Assembly (NCBI GenBank): GCA_048885535.1
Contig: JBHLLO010000005.1
Span: forward strand, 1 to 47,651
Reading direction: 5' to 3'
Length of the DNA: 47,651 bases
DNA from: Candidatus Hermodarchaeota archaeon
GTDB lineage: Archaea > Asgardarchaeota > Lokiarchaeia > Sigyniarchaeales > SOKP01
Shown here piece after piece: positions 39,201 to 47,651 of the stretch; within the stretch, counting starts at the first letter, position 1, and every line of letters begins with the position of its first letter. The notes below the pieces were generated by a model, which saw nothing but the letters and a program-made list of their open reading frames with translations, searched no databases and was not told the origin of the DNA. The position numbers and the translations under genes are program-made.

Positions 39201-40146
39201 AATGTGATTTATTAGATAATGAAAGAATATCAAAAAATGCACTAAATTCTTCAAAATCTTCTTGTGATATAGTCTGATTATCACCTATTAATTGTGAAAT
39301 GTTACCATAAACACTCTCAAAATCCACAATTATATCCGTTAATTGTTCAAAAAGATTTTCTATTTCTAAGGAGTAGACAAAGGATAAATCTAATGAATCT
39401 AAATTAAAATTTACTTGCTTAATTGAATCTAGAATATCTTTTTCGAAGAAATCAAATGAACTAAGTGTAAAAATGGTGGAAGATATATGATTATTTAGGA
39501 GATAATCTTTAGATGTTAATCGGTCTATATCTAGTGCTTTCCAATAACCATCCATTGGTAAATTTTTAGTGATTTCTTGAAAAAATAACTCCCAGTCAGG
39601 ATAAGATCCTATAAATGGGAAAAAATTTGATTTTGAAACGTTGATCATAATTAAGTCAATCGCAAACTTTCTCTTAATAATTTCAAGAGCTCTTTTAGCT
39701 CGGACTTTCGCATCTCTCTCAGTTATTTTTTCGTCATAGTAAAGAAAACCAGAAAAACCATTAAAACTTATAGAGTATTGATTAGAAAAGTTATTTTCAT
39801 TTAATATTCTCGGAAATATTTTTGGATTTATTCCATTTGATGCACTTATCAGAAGGTTACATTTATAAAATGCAGGATCTCGAACGTCAAAATTTGGTAA
39901 TATATTAGTATCATTTGTGAAGAGCGATTGTTTAATCACTGATTGATTACCTGCTACAAAAGCATTTATCTTTTCAGCATATAAATCAGTTCCAGCAACA
40001 TCTGAGGATTTTAATCCTATATTCTCTTGGGAGTCCTCCGAATTTTGTTCGTGATTAGTGCTAATGAAAATTAAAATCGAAATTGGAGAAATAAATAGAA
40101 ATGAAATCATTATTATAATCAACTTTCGATTAACAAATTTGTACAT
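36235..40146 (-). CDS. Large surface glycoprotein with C-terminal DUF11/BatD/TRAP-beta-like Ig domains and TM anchor
   Basis: N-terminal hydrophobic leader; four (K/R)N(V/I)G Ig-type motifs; many sequons; C-terminal TM and a ~50-aa tail; overlaps the subtilase start by 17 nt. Confidence 0.8.
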   Translation of the reverse strand: MYKFVNRKLIIIMISFLFISPISILIFISTNHEQNSEDSQENIGLKSSDVAGTDLYAEKINAFVAGNQSVIKQSLFTNDTNILPNFDVRDPAFYKCNLLISASNGINPKIFPRILNENNFSNQYSISFNGFSGFLYYDEKITERDAKVRAKRALEIIKRKFAIDLIMINVSKSNFFPFIGSYPDWELFFQEITKNLPMDGYWKALDIDRLTSKDYLLNNHISSTIFTLSSFDFFEKDILDSIKQVNFNLDSLDLSFVYSLEIENLFEQLTDIIVDFESVYGNISQLIGDNQTISQEDFEEFSAFFDILSLSNKSHYTSLMIQYEGMEGAINRIGKNQYEFDLWNALNYTGDSLRPSEKIFIALIGAFMSEVDINILCTDIIDVTPKYFNLYEFLLEQIELLLFYSGIDFDMDTVRDYSFEFFWIDRGGIKQSYIKPVNLNDATDFINFLPLLGFQGLPGIPTGIFNPIEDFRITYLTNTSESNILIKKELVNDNASFGVFKDFSFNITAKNVGNQSVWGVKTSFPLSLEDIFSILAGPLSDDIIDDMWEIVRIEYPNQYTSLEDFFNFDEDPRIFYFDSLGLGLIDTYYPNVNNISNLWPYNSDADYILDIFFNTYPIYLAILDPDEVKDLFTNENSIWNKENWRLKAGEKISYIYSNLSIESFDSYTEFYRFNFTIKETSPKLPIVISGISVNDTNPYMALSNDKESWVIESEEKYINQHELELVFILKNQTSIDLINNTLDSVSITINYTPPLNIIDFEIFDFSVEEYMDMSPNLISRENSTSIFSFTNVNRSLNWIFDPYDLNNYTIIIRIKGMDSTAFNISINDFDAIFSYRDINEYKSSSSRIMYSSKTGNIQYIHRSNSISLSTNNMSSIIAFSYLSNLSSQVGEINTYILHFKNIGTAVAYDINISILIPGIISDRQNFTIKDDHLNYFLPKLAPFEEKEVSFKFYTPNSESIFNSIINYRNPAFINNLNSSKLSSIPNEVNLFAFIDYINYFPFVHLLQLSYNSLNLSPLIGDLFNISISMKNVGIQEFPISEVNLTLGDQFGDLVYKNPTTLLSFNSINFTAEKTLNFLLKKKDWKAYYYPSINFIDNDESRVFQIASSTPIVLGNISLFIYKSISGSQIEIGDIVNVELTVRNVGNICIKNITLYDIISFNQIYFELIEGSLIKKIDCIKANETIYMSYKIRAKSQSIITLKPASVEYYFLLKVKDRSNEIDVKIIIPKMIQICFVLIPSLAALTILIILLWRNYTYKSRKYELQRNEMSLFRSGPRDTILKIKNTLKEEIDRLAKEENGGGG

Positions 40147-40164
40147 CTTCTATTATAAAACCTC

Positions 40165-43100
40165 TTACATAGTCTCCCTATATATATCAACAATTTTTTT
40201 CTTACGAACCTTCCTCAATAATAGTTTCATGCCAATTAGCGTGGCTATAATTGAAACTGAATAAATAATAATCATATTACTCCAGGGAAATATAGGATTA
40301 TTGGGTAAATTAGATAATAAATTTACAGATGTAGACAATAATAATCCTGTTAGCCACCCCACAAGTACACCCACAGTTCCACTACTTAGCATTATTATCA
40401 AAGCTTCAATCGTAAACAAATGATTAATCTGTTTACCTTTTAAACCTAAGGTTCTAATTATGCCTATCTCTTTTTTTCTTTCCAGTATAGTTGAATAAGA
40501 AGAAGATAATAATCCAAATAGAGATATAATAATTGTAGCGTCAAGGGTTATTGTAAAAAACGTATTCAAGATTGAGAAAAATGATTGTTGCAAGCCAACA
40601 GTACTTTTTAGGTTTGTAATTTCAAAATCATAATAAGGTTCATACTTATCTTCAATGAATTCTTCTATAACTTGAGAAATTCTTAAGGCATTAGAACTTA
40701 GTTTTATGAAAATTTTATCGACATAAGGAATAGGAGGAATATTCATAATCTCTAGATAATGATTATGGGAAATCAAAACTCCCCCCATTTGTGCTGCACC
40801 ACCTGATCTACCAAAATATTCAAGAAATCCTGGCATGGTTGCAGCGACTCCGACAATCCGAAATGTAAATATATCACTTTCATCTCCCCTTTGAACTACC
40901 ATCCTAATAAGGTTATTTATTGTTAAATCTAAACTTACTGACAGACCTTCTGATATAATACAAGTGTATCCATTATCTAGAGCAAATAATTGTTCAAAAG
41001 AACTAAAAAGTTCCCCTTTTGTAAATTCTATATAATTTGTGTTAATTGTTGAAGAATATTCCTCATCGATTCCAAGTAATGTTACTTCTTGAGTAAATAA
41101 ACCTGCATAATCCCCTATCTCAGCAGTAAATTCCTTCCCTTCCTCAGAATATATCTGTGTGAGATGATATGGGCTTGCAATAACACTTGAAACTTTCTCA
41201 ATACCACTAATACTTAGTAATTCCTCTTCAAAATCAGTAGTAAGAATTCGGATAGGATCGACTTGGTATGCTGCTGTTTGTAAGTTAAGCGTTTCATCTT
41301 GCAGCTTAATGTTATCATTAAAAAGATTGCATTGAAGACCAAAGGGACCCTGTTGCTCGGATTCTTCTTCTTCCCAACCTATCGTTTCTATTAACAAATC
41401 GGATCCATACGATAAATTTGCTCCAATTTCAACTTGATTACTAAGAAATTGAACTGCTGATGCTGTGAAAATCACAAATGAAAATGTAAAAGCGAAAATA
41501 ATTGTAGTAGTGGCGTTTCTTCGAGCATACCGAAAAATAAATATTTTGTAAACTGGAGCTAATTTTTTAGAAAATATATTAAATACTCCAATGAAAAACC
41601 TTAATACTAAAGGCATTAATCCCAATCCTGCTAAAGTTGTTCCGATAAGAAAAACTATTAGAAGAGCGATTAAAACTCCAGATATTAAAGCAAAATCTGC
41701 TAAGATTAAAACTCTAGGGATCACAAAAAGTACAAAAGCGCCATTTACTGCCAAAATAACTCCCATAATCACTAATTTATAATTAACTGATGCTTTTTGG
41801 TGTAGATGGTAGAGAGTATCTTCATGACGATAGGGATGAATTGATTCAATTAATTGGAGTTTCATTACTTTCAATGCTGGAGATAAACTAACTATTAGTC
41901 CAACGATTAAACCCATCAAATATGATATTAAAATAGACCAGAAACTAATAGAGAAAGCAAAATTCCCTGCTAAACCAGGGATACTCTCAGCAGCAACTCC
42001 CTCTGCGATTGGAACAATAAGAAATTGAGTTGCTAGATATGCTCCTAAAATACCTGAAATTGTACCAAAGTTACATAATAATAAACCTTGGACAAATACG
42101 ATTGATAAATTGTATTTTTTAGTAGCTCCTAGCGTTCTAAATATCCCAAATTCTCTGATTCTTTCTTCTACTGAGGTTTGCAATATTCCATTTATTAACA
42201 CTCCAGATATTAGCATTGCTATCATTGATACGAACACAAAAATTATTGTAATACCAACACTCAAAATTTCTGAAAAACCGAGTATCACTAGTTTTGGTAG
42301 CTCTATGTTATATGAATTTATTCCTATAGATAACCGAATGTCTCCTGCTATTTTTCTGACGCGATCTTTAGACCCGCCTAAATCCCTTGCATCGTAAAAT
42401 TCATTTCCATTTTCAAAGGTCAATATCAATTCACTACATCTACCCTGAAATGTTTCCGAACCAAAAATAGAATAAATAGTTCCAATATCAACGACTATTA
42501 AAGGTTGGTATGAATAGTAAAGAGGAAATTTTAAATTAAAATCAAATATGGCATCAACGGTAAAATTTGTTACTCGATAGAATGATTGATTTCCATGTCT
42601 TAGTCCCATTCGAATTTCAATAGTATCATTAACAGCATATTTAATTACATCATTGAATTTGTAAAAAATTACGCAGTGATTTAACGGTAAGGCTCTTAAA
42701 GATAATAATTCAGTTGTTTCTGGCTTAACAAAAGCTCCAAAATTTATCTCGTTCTCTAATGTAAAGTTAATAGCTGAAATGAATACTGTAGTTATTTGAT
42801 TAGTAAGTGTTGGTAACTCTTTACTTTCGGAAATATTTGTATTTCCCCATAAGTTCATACGTGGAATGAAATTACCAATTTGTTGAAAATTACTTTCTAT
42901 AGAATCTACTAATGGATTAAATTCGAAATAATTTGATCGATCTACTGGCTCACCATTATAATGTCTTACTGTAATTTTCATGTCAGCATTACCTGCATCG
43001 ATGGCCATATAGTCTACATACGTAACAGCAATAGAATCAGATAGAAATAGGACTATAGCTAAGAGCCCCACTGAAATCATTACACCGATAATACCTACAG

Positions 43101-43167
43101 TAGTTCTTACTTTTTGTTTTCCTAAATCTTTAAATGCATATTTAAAAATGGTTTTAATATTTGGCAT
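40165..43167 (-). CDS. FtsX/MacB-type ABC permease (tandem-duplicated), paralog of 28504-31470
   Basis: ERIREFGIFRTLG and ERKKEIGIIRTLG; same layout and similar C-terminus (IVDIYRETM vs VMDIFRQTF). Confidence 0.92.
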   Translation of the reverse strand: MPNIKTIFKYAFKDLGKQKVRTTVGIIGVMISVGLLAIVLFLSDSIAVTYVDYMAIDAGNADMKITVRHYNGEPVDRSNYFEFNPLVDSIESNFQQIGNFIPRMNLWGNTNISESKELPTLTNQITTVFISAINFTLENEINFGAFVKPETTELLSLRALPLNHCVIFYKFNDVIKYAVNDTIEIRMGLRHGNQSFYRVTNFTVDAIFDFNLKFPLYYSYQPLIVVDIGTIYSIFGSETFQGRCSELILTFENGNEFYDARDLGGSKDRVRKIAGDIRLSIGINSYNIELPKLVILGFSEILSVGITIIFVFVSMIAMLISGVLINGILQTSVEERIREFGIFRTLGATKKYNLSIVFVQGLLLCNFGTISGILGAYLATQFLIVPIAEGVAAESIPGLAGNFAFSISFWSILISYLMGLIVGLIVSLSPALKVMKLQLIESIHPYRHEDTLYHLHQKASVNYKLVIMGVILAVNGAFVLFVIPRVLILADFALISGVLIALLIVFLIGTTLAGLGLMPLVLRFFIGVFNIFSKKLAPVYKIFIFRYARRNATTTIIFAFTFSFVIFTASAVQFLSNQVEIGANLSYGSDLLIETIGWEEEESEQQGPFGLQCNLFNDNIKLQDETLNLQTAAYQVDPIRILTTDFEEELLSISGIEKVSSVIASPYHLTQIYSEEGKEFTAEIGDYAGLFTQEVTLLGIDEEYSSTINTNYIEFTKGELFSSFEQLFALDNGYTCIISEGLSVSLDLTINNLIRMVVQRGDESDIFTFRIVGVAATMPGFLEYFGRSGGAAQMGGVLISHNHYLEIMNIPPIPYVDKIFIKLSSNALRISQVIEEFIEDKYEPYYDFEITNLKSTVGLQQSFFSILNTFFTITLDATIIISLFGLLSSSYSTILERKKEIGIIRTLGLKGKQINHLFTIEALIIMLSSGTVGVLVGWLTGLLLSTSVNLLSNLPNNPIFPWSNMIIIYSVSIIATLIGMKLLLRKVRKKKIVDIYRETM

Positions 43168-43203
43168 TTAGCTTGAAATTTTATAAATTAAAATTATATA
43201 ATA

Positions 43204-44379
43204 TTAAAGGAGAATGAGTAGCTCTCCTTCCAAATTTCCATTAATATTGTTTTCTTCTAACAATTCAGCTAAAATATCATTAAAATGTTCAGGTAAATTT
43301 GCAATTATCTGTATTGGGATACTACTTTTTATATCACTTAATCTTAACTCTGTTCTACCTTGGTTTGCAAATAAATATTTAAAAATCATATTTTTGCATT
43401 TTTCTTTATTAATTTCAGCCTCTTGTTTTCTTCTTGATTCCATTGCCTCAGTCTCTTTTAAGCCGCCAATTTTTCCTTCATGAGTCAATTTTCCATCTTT
43501 CATATAGAAGACTCTAGTAGCAAATTCCGAGACAGCAGCATCATGACTTACTGCCACAAAGGTAGCACCTCTCTTATTTAATTCTCTTAGGAGATTCAAA
43601 ATCATGACTCCTGTCTTACTGTCGAGATCTCCTGTTGGCTCATCTAATATTACTATAGCAGGGTCATTTGCAAAAGCTCTAGCTATAGCGACTCTTTGTT
43701 GTTCACCACCTGAAAGTTCTGAAGGAGTATGATGGGCTCGTTCTTCAAGTTCAACCAACCTTAACAGATCAAGGGCTTTCTTTTTCTTCCCTCTTCTGCT
43801 TAGTTTCCCAGAAAAGTGTAAAGGAACCATAACGTTTTCTAAGGCAGTCATTTGAGGTAAAAGATTATAAAATTGGAATACAAAACCAATCCTTTCTTTT
43901 CGAATCTCTGCTAAATCGTTATCATTTAACATGGATATATTTTGACCCTCTAAAAAAATCTTACCTCTTGTTGGCGTATCAAGCCCTCCTATTAAGTTAA
44001 GTAGCGTAGTTTTTCCACTTCCACTTGGACCCATAATGTCAATAAAATCTCCTTTATCTATAATTAAATCTACCCCTCGTAATGCTGCCACTGCTGTTTT
44101 CCCTAATAAGTATGTCTTGTGGAGATTCTCTGCAACTATTAGATGATCATAATCCTTCCCTATTTCCCTTCCATGTTTAATAGCCTCTTTAAGTTGTTTT
44201 TTTTCCTTACGAGAAAAACTTAAGGTCTCCAATTTTTGTTTTATGATCTCTTCTTTCTGCTTTTTTTGCTGCCACTTTTTAAACGCTTTGCTCTCTTTTC
44301 CTTTCCAAAGAGCTAATTTACCAGTTTCTTCTTCATATTCCTCCATTTCAGCTGTTTTTTTAACGATATTTTCAGACAT
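43204..44379 (-). CDS. ABC ATP-binding protein (LolD/MacB type) with N- and C-terminal extensions
   Basis: Walker A GPSGSGKTT, Q-loop GFVFQFYNL, LSGGEQQR, Walker B ILDEPTG, VSHD. Confidence 0.95.
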   Translation of the reverse strand: MSENIVKKTAEMEEYEEETGKLALWKGKESKAFKKWQQKKQKEEIIKQKLETLSFSRKEKKQLKEAIKHGREIGKDYDHLIVAENLHKTYLLGKTAVAALRGVDLIIDKGDFIDIMGPSGSGKTTLLNLIGGLDTPTRGKIFLEGQNISMLNDNDLAEIRKERIGFVFQFYNLLPQMTALENVMVPLHFSGKLSRRGKKKKALDLLRLVELEERAHHTPSELSGGEQQRVAIARAFANDPAIVILDEPTGDLDSKTGVMILNLLRELNKRGATFVAVSHDAAVSEFATRVFYMKDGKLTHEGKIGGLKETEAMESRRKQEAEINKEKCKNMIFKYLFANQGRTELRLSDIKSSIPIQIIANLPEHFNDILAELLEENNINGNLEGELLILL

Positions 44380-44530
44380 TGCTTTAAACTCATTAACATT
44401 AATTTTCGATGATAAAAATAATTTTAAAAGTTATTTTAATATTATAATGAAATTAAGTTATTTTCTTTTTTCTATCTCCTTAGATTCAATTGAATACATT
44501 TAATGTTTTAAACCTTCAGATTCTAACTGA

Positions 44531-45280
44531 TTAGAACTTTAAATCTAGTTCAAATTTATTTAAAATCATTTTGTTTAACTCTTTTTCAGCTTCTTTCTTA
44601 GTCTTAAATTCATTAGACCTTAAGTCAGTAGGGATTATAATTACTTCTTCATTATTTTTATTCAAAATTTTAGGGTTTTTCGCAATCCAACGAAGGTCAT
44701 GATCAGGCCCTAATTTTTCATATTCATATTCAATTTTAGGAGTATATTTCAGTCTATCCTGTAAAAATTCTAGTAATTCATTTTTTGAAAAGTTGGAAGA
44801 TTCTTTGATGAAATCATCCCAATTTTCTATAAACCGATTAATGACTTTTTGTTCTACCACATTTAAGTCATAACCTGAGTCTACAAAAATAGCACCACAA
44901 ATAGCTTCAAAAACATCAGCAGGTATGGAGGTATCTTGAATATTTTGATTATTGGAAGTAAAAATAAAAAGCTCTAAATTCATATTTGAAGCGATTTTGG
45001 AGAAAGTACGATTGTTTTCTAAACATTGTTTCGTTTTAGTTAATATACCTGGGTCATCCTCACCTTTATTGTAAATTTTTAGGCTAAAAATCAACTTAAT
45101 AACAGCATCTCCTAAAGTTTCTAAAATTTCATAATTAGGAAGGTTATTTTCATTCCCAAATTGCGGTGTTGTTAGTGCCTGAAAGAGGGTTTTAGGTTCA
45201 ATGAATTTGTAGTCAATAAATTTTTGAAAATTATCTAATTTATGTTTATTTTGATCAATCATAGCGTTTCCTTTGATCAA
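44531..45280 (-). CDS. rnc: Ribonuclease III with dsRNA-binding domain
   Basis: QALT, YEILETLGDAVI, ADVFEAICGAIFVD; dsRBD-like KNELLEFLQ...GPDH...KTKKEAE. Confidence 0.88.
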   Translation of the reverse strand: MIKGNAMIDQNKHKLDNFQKFIDYKFIEPKTLFQALTTPQFGNENNLPNYEILETLGDAVIKLIFSLKIYNKGEDDPGILTKTKQCLENNRTFSKIASNMNLELFIFTSNNQNIQDTSIPADVFEAICGAIFVDSGYDLNVVEQKVINRFIENWDDFIKESSNFSKNELLEFLQDRLKYTPKIEYEYEKLGPDHDLRWIAKNPKILNKNNEEVIIIPTDLRSNEFKTKKEAEKELNKMILNKFELDLKF

Positions 45281-45322
45281 ATTAAGTAAAATTTAAAAAG
45301 TTAAATAAAAGTAATTTATTAT

Positions 45323-45754
45323 ATGAAAAATGATAAGCTAAAAGAGGCTTTGTCTCTTATTAAATTAATTAATCAAAAGAACTTAGAGTTAGAAAAGAAT
45401 CTTTTAGAACTCACAAAGTTGACAAGGAACGAGATGTTAATTGAAATAACAACGGATATAATTAAAAAACACAAGATTTTACAAGAGGAAGGGTTTTTAA
45501 AAGAGGAAGTCTGTAAATCCGAAACTGAGGAGGAAGATTCTATTTCATTTATTCTTGACAACTTGATTTCAAATATTAAAAAAAGTCCATCAAAAAAGAT
45601 TATATATTTACGAGCATTTCTGGATAGGTTTCCTGATGATGAAATTAACGACCAAGATAAGAATGCTATAATGCAATCTATCCAAGATGAAAATCCAGAA
45701 GATCTGAAAGAAAAATTGCTCTCCTTAATAAAAGTATTTAAAATAGAATTTTAA
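45323..45754 (+). CDS. Hypothetical helical/coiled-coil protein
   Basis: 143-aa charged ORF, no motif recognised. Confidence 0.7.
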   Translation: MKNDKLKEALSLIKLINQKNLELEKNLLELTKLTRNEMLIEITTDIIKKHKILQEEGFLKEEVCKSETEEEDSISFILDNLISNIKKSPSKKIIYLRAFLDRFPDDEINDQDKNAIMQSIQDENPEDLKEKLLSLIKVFKIEF

Positions 45755-45802
45755 AATTAAAAAACAAGGATAATAGAAACTAACTTCTATTAAGCGTTTA
45801 CT

Positions 45803-46201
45803 TTAGTATTTAAATAATTTAAGTAAAACCAAGACCTTACTAAGACCCCGTATTTTAATTTTACCGGTTAAAATCTTCCCAATTACACTTCCCGTTGAAA
45901 CTTTGTCTCCACCTAATAAATCTACAAATACTTGAGTTTTTGCTTGTATTCGTCCACCCCAACCTGCAACTTTCTTTTTTATATTTTCCTTTGGCTTGTT
46001 TTCAATTCCTTCAACATATATCTTCCCTTTATCGATGATTAATAAAGCAGCCATTTTTCCATCAATTGCATTTAAAAGAATTTTAAGTTCGGTGTCCTTG
46101 AAATCTTCCTTAAATTTTTCAATACTATTTAAAGGTTCTACCTGTTTACTTACTACTCCTGCAAAACCTTTTAACCTCTTCTTCTTTTCTTCTTCAGTCA
46201 T
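45803..46201 (-). CDS. SCP2 (sterol carrier protein 2)-like lipid-binding protein
   Basis: 132 aa; strand meander then FVDLLGG...ILTGKIKIRG, typical of the SCP2 C-terminus. Confidence 0.65.
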   Translation of the reverse strand: MTEEEKKKRLKGFAGVVSKQVEPLNSIEKFKEDFKDTELKILLNAIDGKMAALLIIDKGKIYVEGIENKPKENIKKKVAGWGGRIQAKTQVFVDLLGGDKVSTGSVIGKILTGKIKIRGLSKVLVLLKLFKY

Positions 46202-46366
46202 AAAAATCAGTTCATTAAACTTTAGCTAAATAATTATTCTTTTTAATAATTAATTAAATTTAATTTATTTTAAAGGTTTAAAATTTAATTAAATTTTTCA
46301 ATATTTGATTTGAAAACTAGGAAGAAGTAATGAACTAATCAAGTATATACTCCCTATATAAGAACG

Positions 46367-46621
46367 CTAGTATCCATCTGCTTCAGTGATATCGAAAAGA
46401 TCCTCATATGCTTTACGTTCTCGGTCAGAAATTCTTTCGTCTTTCAATCCTTCTTTAATTATAATCGGTGCGGCTTCTTTCTCATCATGTCTTATTCTTT
46501 TGACTAATTTGTAATCCTCTGGTGAATTTTTATCTAAATCAAATTCTTGATTGCATGCTTTGCAAAACAGTTTTTTATTCTTAGGGATTAAAATATTGTC
46601 GCAATTAGGGCAAAATTTCAT
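46367..46621 (-). CDS. TFS/RpoM paralog with the N-terminal Zn ribbon only
   Basis: MKFCPNCDNILIP...LFCKAC plus linker; no second Zn ribbon and no RSADE motif. Confidence 0.8.
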   Translation of the reverse strand: MKFCPNCDNILIPKNKKLFCKACNQEFDLDKNSPEDYKLVKRIRHDEKEAAPIIIKEGLKDERISDRERKAYEDLFDITEADGY

Positions 46622-46920
46622 TACTCAGTAATTCACCTTTTTATGTTTTAAAAACTTTACTCTTTAGTTCATTTTTAATATCCAGAAATATAGAAAATAA
46701 TGTTGATTTATAAATTTATTGGAAACCAATAAAATTGTGACTCAATTAGATATATAAATTTCTCTATTACAAGATGATTGTATTATTAAATCTTTGATAA
46801 TCCTATAAACTCAAAAACGATATTTGACAGCTCTATTTTAGTATAAATAACTATTTAAGTAAAACTATTTAAAAATTGGTAGCTTTTTCATCTTAATGGA
46901 ACTAAGGGTTTCGATAAAAT

Positions 46921-47640
46921 ATGGAAGAAGATAAATCTCAAATCTTGATTATTGGACATAAAGGTGCTAGTAAACTTAAACCAGAAAATACTTTAATTGC
47001 ATTTCAGAAAGCAATAGACCTTCAAGCTGATTATATTGAATTTGACATTCAAGCATCTAAAGATGGTGAAATTGTAGTTTTTCATGATTATGACATTTTA
47101 AGATTGACAGGCATGGAAGGTTATATTGAAGATATGACTCTAAATGAATTAAAACAATTGAACATAGGAGAAGGAGAACAAATCCCAACTTTGCAGGAAG
47201 TAATTAAGTTAACTCGTGGAAAAATTGGATTGCAAATTGAAATAAAGTGTGAGGATATTGGAAAGAAAGTTATAGAAATGTTGAGAAATACTGATCTCAT
47301 TGAATCAAGTATAGTTAGTTCATTTATCCATAATGAACTATTAAGAATTCAGAAGATGGAACCTGAATTGAGACTGGGAGCCTTAATTTCTGAAAGAGTA
47401 TCAGATTCTAAAGACTTAAAAAAGGCAACTAAAAGAGTATTTAAAAAAAAATTTTATGCTGTTCATCCTTATTTTACGGGTGTGAATCAAGAATTAGTGA
47501 ATTATGCTCATGCTAATAATTTAAAAGTTAATGTTTGGACCGTAAATGAAAGGAAAGATATAGAAAGATTAATTAACCTTGGGGTTGATGGAATTATTAC
47601 TGATGACATTCAATTAGCGAAGGAATTGATTGAACGTTAG
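46921..47640 (+). CDS. Glycerophosphodiester phosphodiesterase
   Basis: IGHKG..PENT, IEFDI..SKDG..VVFHD, IEIK, VWTVN, GVDGIITD. Confidence 0.95.
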   Translation: MEEDKSQILIIGHKGASKLKPENTLIAFQKAIDLQADYIEFDIQASKDGEIVVFHDYDILRLTGMEGYIEDMTLNELKQLNIGEGEQIPTLQEVIKLTRGKIGLQIEIKCEDIGKKVIEMLRNTDLIESSIVSSFIHNELLRIQKMEPELRLGALISERVSDSKDLKKATKRVFKKKFYAVHPYFTGVNQELVNYAHANNLKVNVWTVNERKDIERLINLGVDGIITDDIQLAKELIER

Positions 47641-47651
47641 AAGTTTTTCTA

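Noticed and set aside
46290-46369. Stop-codon readthrough restoring the TFS C-terminal ribbon
   Set aside because: The in-frame sequence after the TAG has no Cys or DE motif.
1-47651. CRISPR array, rRNA, transposase/integrase, DGR or selenoprotein recoding
   Set aside because: I saw no regular repeat-spacer array, GC-rich rRNA block, recombinase/RT motif or gene interrupted by an in-frame TGA. Manual reading could miss subtle cases.

Overview
AT-rich archaeal chromosomal segment, most consistent with Asgard archaea (Lokiarchaeia-like). This rests on archaeal uS15/eS1, archaeal-type PGK and GlmU, an intron-containing tRNA, two longin/roadblock-like proteins and many membrane-anchored surface proteins; it is an inference, not a database match. 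Housekeeping genes include pgk, rps15, rps3ae, an RdgB/Ham1 pyrophosphatase, Sir2, rubrerythrin, RNase III and a GDPD. There is a loose nickel-pincer cluster (larB, larC, nikR with a His-rich insert), a short alpha3-type histone, and a tRNA-Val(GAC) with a 17-nt D-loop intron. A 46-bp direct repeat brackets one surface-protein gene. The standout is a tightly packed ~15.9-kb five-gene operon (44379->28504). It encodes a MacB/LolD-type ATPase with extra domains, two ~1000-aa FtsX-type permeases, a 1303-aa Ig-rich membrane-anchored protein, and a 1587-aa membrane-anchored subtilase with a cytoplasmic double zinc ribbon. I saw no CRISPR array, rRNA or transposase. All family assignments come from reading motifs by eye.
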